Positions 1 to 10,531 of a stretch of 64,000 bases of DNA are shown here, piece by piece. The DNA is taken from assembly GCF_964355755.1 (NCBI RefSeq), contig NC_092676.1, positions 11,199,888 to 11,263,887 on the forward strand, in the 5' to 3' direction. The stretch is from Antedon mediterranea (lineage: Eukaryota > Animalia > Echinodermata). A program made the position numbers and the translations under genes. The notes under the pieces are model-generated. The model was not told where the DNA came from, ran no database searches, and worked only from the letters and a program-made list of their open reading frames with translations. The stretch's first letter is position 1. The number at the start of each line of letters is the position of its first letter.

Positions 1-89
1 ATGTTAATTGCAATTCAATCGAGTAAGTACGAAGTGTAACTACACTATTGTACCAAAAGTGCGAGGCACCATAAAACATACTAAATTAT

Positions 90-1751
90 CAGGGGTGGCG
101 CCAGGATCTTTCCGACGCGGGGACTACATTCCCCGACAAGGGGGCTATGCGAGCATCACTAGGCTGGGGGCCAGGGGGCCGCCAAGGGCCCCCGGTGTGG
201 GTCCAGGGGGCGAAGCCCCCGGAAGCAACGCGTTCTAGCGTCATTAATTTGAGGTCATTTTAATCAGATTTAGGGTAGCCATTTTTTCCATTTTTTATAA
301 TGCATAAATAAAAAACTGCGTGCAAAAAAAACGATGCGCGATGACTGTTTCAATCCATATTTTTCAATTTAAAAAATAAAAGTTCAAAGAAAATTTAGAA
401 AAATAGAGTTGGAGGTCCCGGAAATTGGACTTATTAGCCCCAACAATAAAGCTGGTCATATTTCGAAGTACAAGATGTGCATTTTCCGGGACCTAATTCA
501 TCTTTATTTTTCAAACATTTCTTAGCTCAGTCACAACAATGATAGGGACTTATATATTTTGTTTCATGTTTTGAAGTATAATTTATACTGTTTAAAAATG
601 TTTAAAACTAGACCTGCAGGTCTTCAAAAAATTGCATTTTATACTTTGGAAACATCAGGCCTAGAGGCTTAAAAAACGCAAGCGTAGACCTTTTTCAGTC
701 GGGGAAATAAGTTTTTTCCTCCCAAGTGTATGCGTGCGTACCATCTGGACTTCCGAGTGGTGAGAAATTCATGACATACAGGACATTGAAAATGTAATAA
801 CTTAGCTATAATCAGATGTTGGCTAAGCGAAAATGGCATGTTTTTTTGTTTAGTAATGGTTGAAAAATGTATTACCCCACGGTACAGAAGGTTACTTGTA
901 AATTAAAAAATTGGTGAACATACGAACAATTAACATAATTCGTTTTTGCTGTAGTGTAGCGTACGTCGACGCAGTACACGACGTAACCGTCAGTAAACTT
1001 CGCCTGGAAAATAACTACACATTTTGGTCCCTGGATGGAACATGATATCACGCGTCTCGACCCAACGTTGAACGATTCGTACAAAGGGATACCGCCAGAC
1101 AAGTGCGCACCTAGCTATTGTTTAGAAGTAAGTTAGATCGCTGGCAATAATGAATGCATATAAAGTGCATAATATCACTCTGACGTACTCTCACGGTCAA
1201 TGGAACGTCGCGGTTTTCTAGGCGCTGAAGCTAGCTACGAAGTGAACGCGAACGCTTTTTACTGTATATTATATTCCCCGACAAAAAGTACCCGTGTTCC
1301 CTTCGGTAACCGTCGGTAAACTTCGCCTGGAAAATAACTACATTACACATTTTGGTCCCTGGATGGAACTTGATATCACGCGTCTCGACCCAATGTTGAA
1401 CGATTCGTTCAAAGGGATACCGCTAGACAAGTGCGTACCTAGCTAATGTTTAGTAGTAAGTTAAATCGCTGGCAATAAATGAATGCATAACACTTTTATG
1501 CATTCATTTATTGCCAGCGATAAAAGTGCATAAATAGCCCTCTGACGTACTGTACTCTCACGGTCAATGGAACGTCGTGGTTTTCTAGGCGCTGAAGCTA
1601 TATGAAGTGAACGCGAACGTTTTTTACTGTATATTTTATTCCCCGACAAAAAGTACCCGTGTTCCCCGACGGAGGGGGGGGGGCTAGGCTCCCCGACGAG
1701 GGGGCTAGAGCCCCCGTAGCCCCCCCCCCCCCCCCGCTGGCGCCACCACTG
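90..1751. mobile_element. Non-autonomous TIR DNA transposon, hAT-like termini
   Basis: 15-bp TIR with 1 mismatch: CAGGGGTGGCGCCAG (90-104) and CTGGCGCCACCACTG (1737-1751). GC-rich subterminal CCCCGAC..GGGGGCTA motifs occur at both ends. No 8-bp TSD is visible (taaattat vs gggctaca). Confidence 0.6.
983..1666. repeat. Tandem direct duplication of about 320-360 bp
   Basis: Copies at 983-1301 and 1306-1666 both run from GTAACCGTC.GTAAACTTCGCCTGG to AAAAAGTACCCGTGTTCCC. Confidence 0.9.
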
Positions 1752-2162
1752 GGGCTACAGTATACTATATAGGGCCTAGGCTGGCTAGCTAGCACGGCTT
1801 CATAGACGGTGACCAGGCACCACCTAAAACTAACTGTAAACATCGAGGTCGCATTTGGATATTCGAAATTGTTAACATAATTACATTAACGGTAGGTGAT
1901 TCATAAATGTTTATGAATTGTACACAAATATTAACGAAAACGAAGGCTTATTATTATTCGAAGGCTCGCTCGCTGTTGGTATTTTTTCCGTTGAATTACC
2001 GTCGTGGATTGCATGCATTGCGTGTATTATGCGTGCATTTCGTGCCTCGTTGACTCGCACTTTGGCAACACTCCCTGTCATCGTCTGGGGAAGGAATTGT
2101 GTTCCGCGGAGCACCAACCAAGGCCGTTGTGTGCGTACACGTAAGTACAGTCAGTATCAAAA

Positions 2163-3300
2163 ATGTCGGCAGACGATAGACAAGAGTCTGTATTGACAGA
2201 TGAATTAGACCTTGGCTTAGACCTAGGTGCACCTATAGAGGTGGAACAATATAATCATGCTTGCATGAAAGAGTTTTTGTCTGAAGAAAAGTCAAATACA
2301 AAACGCAATGCCAGCAGTAGTGGCAGTGTGTCTAAAACGAAAAAAGTGAAACGGTCGAATAATGAGGTGGCCGGTTTGGAAAGCGGAATGACTGCTATTG
2401 AAAAATCGTTAGAAAAACAAGAAGATTCAAATGCGAATCTATGTCACATGTTACAGGAAATAGCCTATAACACTGGTAGTACACAGTACTATGATTATGA
2501 TGATGATGAGAGTCCTCCCACAGGGAGTGAATTCAATTCTGACCCTAAAGATAAAGATGGTGACCAGCACCTGTCTCCCACAGGGAGTGAAAGCAACAAG
2601 GCCACTGGCCCAATATTTGCAATTTAAGGCGACCAGACCCACAGGGTCAAATATTAACGAAGGATAGGCTCTAAGTGTTAGTTACTGATTTCTGAAAAAT
2701 TGGAAGATGATAAAATTAATGATACAATCGATAAATACCCACCACCAGCCAACCTAGAAAACCTGATTGTACCAAAGGTTAACCCTATTATATGGGATAA
2801 TATTTCAGCTGCATCAAAGTCGTCGGACTTGAAAATACAACGGGTGCAGAGAAGCATGATTGGGGCTATTTCAGCCATGGTGAACCAACAAGAACGCGAA
2901 CCTTCCTCAACAAAGGAAGATATAATAGCATTGATGGCACATGCCAACTTTGAACTAAGTCTAATCAGACGCGAGAATTTAAAACCTGAATTGGATGAAA
3001 AATACAAGCAGGCGCTGTGTAGGGCCTCCATTGTTATTTAGAGATGATTTGGCAAAAAGAGTCAAAGACATGAAAGACAAAATCCAAACCGTAACTAAAA
3101 GACAACCATATAATGTGTACCGGGGTTCCCATTTCAGAGGAAGAGTCATGAACAGGGGTAGAAGAACTTTGCGGTTTAACCCTTATGAAGGAACTAGAGG
3201 CCGTGGATACTCTAGGGGTCCTTTTTTTAGGACAACCTCTCAGGAGAGGGCAGTGGTCAAGCCACAAGAAACCATTCACAAAATCCAAAGCCCCGTTGAC
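2163..3300 (+). pseudogene. DIRS gag-like ORF, disrupted by stops and frameshifts
   Basis: Motifs YPPPANLENLIVPKVNPIIW, DLKIQRVQ and RRENLKPEL, then an RG-rich tail. Homologous to the gag of DIRS #2 (LITPKVNLPVW, RRDMLKPDL). Confidence 0.75.
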
Positions 3301-5384
3301 AACACAAGAAAAGAAATAACTAATGAGGTAAGTATATACTTAAATCCCAATCAGTTTATTGGGGGACAGATAAGAAAATATGAATCAGAGTGGAATAAAT
3401 ACAATTCTGATCAGATTGTGCTTAATATTATCAAGGGATACCAGTTGGAATTTTTTAGCTCTCCACCAATTCAGGAGAGGATTCCATATCCCTATAAGTT
3501 AAACTACTATGAGGTTAGTGCTGTGGATAATGAGATATTATCCCTAATCAAAAAACAGGTGATTGAAAGGGCCACTCCTGAGGACCACAAATTCATTTCT
3601 AACATATTTACAAGACAAACAAAGATGGGGGAATCCGAATGATCCTAGATCTATCAAAATTAAATGAGCACATTGTTTACCATCATTTTAAGATGGATTC
3701 CCTGGAACAAGCTATTAACCTTGTTACAAAAAATTGCTTTTTTGCTTCCTTGGATTTAAAAGATGCTTATTATTCAATACCAATTCACCAATCATTTAGG
3801 AAATACCTTCGCTTTCTGTGGAAGGGAGAGAAATGGCAATTTAAAGCATTGCCAAATGGCTTAACATCAGGTCCAAGGATTTTTAATAAAATTCTTAAAG
3901 TGCCAATGTCCATCCTCAGGATTATCGGTCACGAGATAGTAGCATATATAGATGATACACTCATCATTGCAGAAACGCAATCTACTGCTAAACAAGCAGT
4001 ATCAGATACTGTTCGGATGCTACAAAAATTGGGTTTTGTAATTCATCCTACCAAATCTGTTTTAATTCCTACTCATAAAATTGAATTTCTTGGGTTTGTC
4101 ATTGACTCCAGTCTCATGACAATTACATTAACTCGACGCAAAATTGAACAAATTACTGAATTTTCCAAACAAACAATGACGTCAAAGAGAATAACAATTC
4201 GACAATTGGCATGTTATATTGGGAAAGTAGTAGCATCATTACCGGGGGCAGAGTATGTGAAGTTACATTATAGAGAATTAGAACGAGAGAAAATTAAATA
4301 TCTTGCCATAAATAGAGGTAATTTTGAAGCAAAAATAAAGATCAGTATATGTGCCAGAGAAGAAGCTAGATGGTGGTATATGAATGTCGGCCAGGTAGTT
4401 AGAAATATTCATAGACAAAATCCAGGTTTGACACTAGAGTCCGATGCTAGTGGATTAGGATGGGGTGGTTCTAATGGAATTACTCATATTGGAGGTCGTT
4501 GGGGACCAGTTGATATTGACCAGGACTCTATATTTAATATAAATCAATTGGAACTAAAAGCAGCGTTCTTAACGCTACAATCATTTTGTAATTCAAAAAG
4601 AGATATTCATGTAAGATTAAAACTAGATAACACTACAGCAATTGCATATATTAATAACATGGGAGGCACTAAATCGAAAAAATGTAATGATTTAGCAAAA
4701 AATCTATTGGAATGGTGTATTCAACGTAACATATGGGTAAGTGCTGTGCACTTACCTGGCCTGCAGAATATTGTGGCAGATAAAATGTCCCGACAGTTTG
4801 AAGATGAATTGGAGTGGAAACTTGATCCAAAAATATTCCTGAAACTGAATGAATTACAGGGACAGGCTGATATTGACCTGTTTGCCTCTCGCTTGAATAC
4901 ACAATTACCAAAATATGTGTCTTGGTACCCTGACCCAGGGGCAATAGAAGTGGATGCATTCTCATTGAATTGGAATAGACTTAACTTTTATGCCTTTCCT
5001 CCATTTTGTGTCGTAGGAAGGTGTATTCAAAAAATTATCAAAGATAAAGCAGAGGGAATTTTAATTGTCCCTAACTGGCCAACCCAGGCATGGTTTGCTA
5101 AACTACTGAAGATTTTAATTGATAATCCTATTGTAGTACCAAAATCAAAGAACCTCCTTACATTATTTGGTGTGAACAAAACCTATCCTTTATCACACAA
5201 ATTACAACTATTATTTTGTAGATTATCAGGGGATCATTCAAAAGCAGAGGCGTACCGGATGCAGCAGTCAACATCTTACTGGCATCTTGGCGGACAGCAA
5301 CCAAATCACAATATGGATCCTACATTAATAGATGGTGTGACTTTTGTAGTGAACAACAGAGTAATCCGTTGCAACCAGATTTAA
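3300..5384 (+). CDS. DIRS pol: reverse transcriptase, RNase H and Dam-like N6-adenine methyltransferase domain (frameshift near 3640)
   Basis: RT: LDLKDAYY, LPNGL, YIDD. RNase H: SDASGLGWG, INQLELKA, DNTTA, ADKMSR. MT: DLFASRLN..DAFSLNW..YAFPPF. Confidence 0.9.
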
Positions 5385-8300
5385 ATAATGTATTACTATT
5401 TCTCACAAATCTTTTTGAAAGTGGGATAGGTTATAGTGCACTCAATACAGCAAGGAGTGCATTATCATCTTTTGTTACTCTTGAGGGGAATATCCCAATT
5501 AGTAATAATCCATTAGTGTCTCGATTCATGAAAGGCGTATTTAATCTTAAACCACCCCAACCAAGATATAATGATATATGGAATGCAGGTGATTTGCTGA
5601 AATATCTTCGAACATTACAGCCTACTTGTGAGCTCAGGTTACGGGACTTAACTTATAAACTTGTAGCATTAATAACACTGATTACAGCTAGCCGAATCCA
5701 GACAGTTCATTTACTACGTATAGATAATATGATTATTGAGAATGATTATGTTGAATTTAAAATAAATGAGTTAATCAAACAAAGTAGACCAGGCTACCAT
5801 GGCCAAAGGATTCGTTTAGATGCTTATCAGGCTGAGGATAATTTGTGCATAGTAAATGTGTTGCAATGTTATTTAAGGCCGGTGCACACCAAACGCGAAG
5901 CCGCGAATTTCGCGTTAAAAAGTGACGCACGCGGCAGGCAAGGACGCTTCCAGTGTGAACATACAAGCGAACAGTGTAACGATAGTCGAATTTCAACTTC
6001 AACGCGTTGAAAACGACAGCAGCGAAGGCTTCGCACGCGAATTTTCAAAAGTTGAACCGTGGTCAACTTTTTGAGGCGTCGCGAGCGCGGTTCGCGTTCG
6101 TCAACCAATCAGAAGTCAGGAATATCTCTCATCGACGACACCGACGGCTAAAAAATGGTGGCTGACGAGCGAGGTCTTTATGGAAATACTTTGTCATTAC
6201 CCTTCTTGTCTTAACGATAAGGGAAGTAAGTCATACACAGACAGAAACGTAAGGATTACTGCATGAAGACAATAATTTCAGACAAACATAACATCTGTGT
6301 AGAAGAATGCCAGGAAAACTAGGCCTAAAACGCGTCAGAGATCAATTTGTAAAGTGAGTTGGCAAGCCTTCTATTCTATTTCTAGCCTACATAGGCCTAG
6401 CTTTAGGCCATACTAGCGCCTAGCTATGCCTACCTAGGCTAGGCTACATATACCCTAGTAGGCTAGGCCGTGCCAAGTAGTACTTATAGGCCTACATAAT
6501 ACTTACTAATCCCTACTAGTCTACTATGTGCTAGGCCAGGCCTAGCCTAGGCCTAGGTTAAGCCTACTACTAAATATGAGTACAGTACTAGGCTAGGCTA
6601 GCCTAACTAGGCCTAGCCTACTTATTATTATTAATTAATATTTATAGGCCTAATATTTAGTTGATTTAGTGTTGTAAGGCTAGGATAGGCCTAGTGGTAA
6701 TATTAATACATAAATACTGTTGTTTTTATTTCTTTTAGGCCAATTAGATGAACATTGATAAATGGGATCCTTCAGGCTATTACCAGTGTTACAAACTCCA
6801 CCAATGACCAAGCTAGTAGTTTAAGCGGCCAGTATATTATTGCCATGGAATTAAGAGCAATTGCTCCTCAAAAACGTGGACTGGCAATTATGAGGCTGAT
6901 ACAGGTTTGTATAGACTTTTTTCAAATGGGTATGTCAGTTGGTGACATACATTGGCCAGAAAAAAATTATTTGAGCAATATGCCTTACTATAGCAATTTT
7001 TTAATACTTATTTCATTTTTTTTTTTAGAAAATGGAAGAGATTAAGGAGGAGTTGGACTGTAACTAGTATTTATTAAGTGGTTATAGAAGGAAAGCTGAA
7101 CTGAATGTCTTTTTTTAGCAACAGAGAACACATGGAAATATATGTTTTGTTATACTCCAATACTAAAAAAATAGTCAAATTGGCTGCCAGCTAAAACTAC
7201 AAAATGTCCTATTCAAATTTGATTTTAATCATCTTCATTTTTCATGATTCTATGGGACAATACATCTTTAAGTTTAGTGTCATTTTTTGGACAAGATATA
7301 TTGTCTTCCTGAAAATATAATTTAAAACATTTTCGTTGTGTGTAATACAGTATAACACTTTAGGGTTAGTTTCACTTTTAACAATAATAATATTTCTTCA
7401 ATTTTCATTTTTTTTTTGGATGATACATTTTAAATTTATTATTTTGCGAAAGTATTCAGGAGTAGTAAAAAAGAAAATCTGGTTGATATTTAATGATACC
7501 TTTAAAAACAATGATTCACTATTTAAATAAGTGTATTTATTTGAAAAAAAAGTCATAAGATAATATACAGTGTAAATATGAGTTTGGGATATTTATTACA
7601 TTTAAATGAGAAAAAAACTGTATGTTTTGTCATGAATAATATAATATTTAATAATAATTAGAAAATGAATGTGAAAACTTTACATTAATATATAGGCCTA
7701 TAGTTTATATTCGAAAGTGACAAACTCATGAAGATTCCCAGTTCGTGTTTATATGAAATCTTTTATATGGTTATAATAACCTCTGTTGAAAGATATTTGT
7801 AACACCACTAATAAATACAGTCAGCAGATCACATGTACGTGTAGTCAACATGAAATAAATGCTTTAATTCTTGTAACTGTATTGATATTGGATACATCTT
7901 CTTTCCTTCTGATATATACATACAATCATGCACATTTCAGGCTTTTGAAAAGAATAACATTTTCCCACCAAAACCAAACACTGTGATTGGTGTAACCAGG
8001 GAAGAGTTAAATTACATTTTAATTTAACTCTTCTCTGGTTAAACTTACATAGGAAATACTTCAGAGTCATCTTCTCTGATTATTTTAAATGTAGCATTGT
8101 ATTGGCCAACCCACTATCTCCTAGGCCTAGCAATCGCGACGAATCAGCACATCGTGACGCGTTTAGTGGGAACCGACAAGAAAAACTAATAGACGCATGA
8201 CAATTCAACTTTCAAAGCGATCCGTCGAATGACGCGTGACGCATGACGCTTCGCGGCTTCGCGTTCGGTGTGCACCGGCCTTAAGCAAAGACCGCAATGT

Positions 8301-8600
8301 TACGCAAAGATGAACAGCAGTTACTTATTAGTTATAGAAAACCTCATGATAAGGTTTCAAAAGATACCATAGCAAGGTGGATAAAAACAATTTTATTAAA
8401 CTCTGGAATTGATAGTAAATACAAACCACATTCAGTAAGGGCAGCGGCGGCGTCCGCCGCTAATACTAAGAATGTGCCAGTTACCCAAATTATGCTAATG
8501 CGGGCTGGACAAGTCAACACACGTTTCGTAAATTTTATAATAAACCAGTTTTGGTAGAAAATGCATAGTTTCAGGAGGCTATTCTTAAGATGTAGTTTAG
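5369..8600 (+). pseudogene. DIRS tyrosine recombinase, split by the Harbinger insertion (5876-8284)
   Basis: YSALNTARSALS, PPQPRY, ITASRIQ (catalytic R) and PHSVRAA (HxxR). The frame is restored across the insertion as CYL-AKTAMLRKDEQQLLISY. Confidence 0.9.
5876..8281 (+). mobile_element. Non-autonomous PIF/Harbinger derivative with a decayed MADF/Myb-SANT gene
   Basis: 32-bp TIR AGGCCGGTGCACACC(A/G)AACGCGAAGCCGCGAA with flanks TTA and TAA. 6155-6355 translates, with frameshifts, to a MADF-like string: YP.C..DKGSKSYTDRNVR..A...VEECQ...KRVRDQFV. Confidence 0.8.
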
Positions 8601-10531
8601 TCACTTGGTTTTGCATACAGATTTCTGTTGAAGCATGTTTTAGTGTTGTTTTGAATTGGTTGATCTTTGATGAATAAATTGAAATGGACATTCATTAAAA
8701 AACGAAAAGTTGTATATAGTGCTTTTCTATTACGGGTTATTGTTGGTGAGATGACCACAGAGTAGCTTTCAATATCTCACAATAATCTCGTAACCACGTA
8801 TTACGAGATGAAATGGAAATATTAAACGAGTACTTACCTAAGTATGAAGTTTGGTCTTCATTTCATGAAGTAATGGTAGTGGGTAGAGATTATGTGCCCG
8901 TCCTCGCCCACCCTTTACTTTTGCATAAAATATTTTATTAAATGTCATCGTTTAATTGGTGTTTATTACTCTGTGGTAATCTCAATTTCAAGTCTGCTCT
9001 ACGCATGCGCTAGGCTCGTATCTCACATAATCTCTACCCACTACCAGTACTTCATGAAATGAAGACCAAACTTCATACTTAAGTAAGTACTCGTTTAATC
9101 TTTCCATTATGTTCGCCCAGATTCTTCCGTGTTTGAAAGTTTGAAGGTGAATGGTATTCATAGAAATAAGCGAAGGAGAGGCTGTCGTGGTGGTAAACAT
9201 GTTTTTAAACAACGTAATTCCACAACTGTTTTCAATTCTACACTGTCTCCAAATGATAATACTGGGCCGGCTGGTGTTAATATTAGGCCTATAGTTAATA
9301 ATAGATCCCTAGTTGAATTCTGTTTAGAATGCAAGGTCTCTTAGAAATAAAACCTAAGAGTTTGTTGACTTTGTTGCTTCCAATACACTCGATCTTGTTG
9401 CAGTCACAGAGACATGGGTAAAACCAGACGAAGACATTGCCACTGGTGAACTTACTACAAATGGTTTTGAATTCAAGAATGTTCCAAGGCTAGGAAGAGA
9501 AGGAGGCGGAGTTGGCGTTTTGCATCGATCCTCTCTAATTGTAAAAGGAATGAGATGTCTCCAGTTTTCAACTTATTCGAGGCCATTCATTCAACTGTCA
9601 AGTCTGATTCGCAATCAGTGCATATAGTCAACATTTACCGTCCTCTTGGTTTTTCTCATTTAGACTTTTTCAATAATTTTCATATGTTATTGACAGATGT
9701 TATGCTACTACCATCTGATGTAATTATATGTGGTGATCTTAACATTCATGTTGATGATCCACATCCACGTCAAACAGCAAAAATGGGACATTAAGTGTTC
9801 CGAGAGCCGTTTTCATTGTTTAAGTTAGCCGGAGCCTTTTTCGATTGGCTATAAATAGAAAGTTACCGAGCATTTCGAGCGACGCGAGTTCTGACTTCCG
9901 TGTTTTATAGGCTGTCTAAATTTCCCTTTCAACGGGTTTATATTAAATTATATTGTTGTTTGATTTATTTCTGTTTATAAAGAACATTTATATTAAACAC
10001 AAACCACAACAATAGCAATTTTAGTTGATTATGGATTAATTTATTCGAATTCTAAGATAAACGTCTAAGCCAAGTGTAAACGTAAACAAAGCGAGTTATA
10101 CGGCGAAAACAAAAAAGTGAAAACTAACTAATTTGTTAAAATAGCTAACATTAATTTGCAATTTTTAAATGAAAAACGCTATAATATAGTCTTATATGCA
10201 TTTTCAAAGATTTCCAAATATAAGCTTGGGGTTATTTTTCAACATTTCCTTTGGTAGTGTGGAATCCCTATTGTTCACAGCACTGTGTGAGCTGTCTGGC
10301 CAGGACATTATCCTATTAGTAGGCCCCCAATCCATATTCAATTCAATTCATCGACATTTTTATTCCATAATCAAAATAAAAACATATACAAATACAATAC
10401 AAATAATAAGATAATGGAATGGGATACAAAATAAGCACAAGTGCTTTAAGCATGTAACCCTAACAAAAAGATCAAACAATTAGTACAAACAAAAAGAACA
10501 AACCAAAATAACATAATGTGATTTACTTAAC

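Larger units (their letters stand above)
1800..9108 (+). mobile_element. DIRS1-like tyrosine-recombinase retrotransposon #1 (left ITR not in window, left boundary approximate)
   Basis: gag-like, RT/RNaseH/MT and YR ORFs in the DIRS order. An ICR (8812-8896) is complementary to the right terminal repeat (9024-9108). Confidence 0.9.

Noticed and set aside
8-238. 76-aa GC-rich ORF
   Set aside because: It crosses the junction into the GC-rich terminal repeat of the hAT-like element and has no protein motif.
5873-8284. piggyBac or Kolobok call from the TTAA flanks
   Set aside because: Frame restoration favours a 3-bp duplication, and the TIR pattern and MADF remnant fit Harbinger.
10190-10336. 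Possible RAG2-like PHD remnant on the minus strand (..TQCCEQ*GFHT..PQAYIWK) inside the CAC element
   Set aside because: It has several stops and too few Cys/His ligands to be distinguished from chance by eye.
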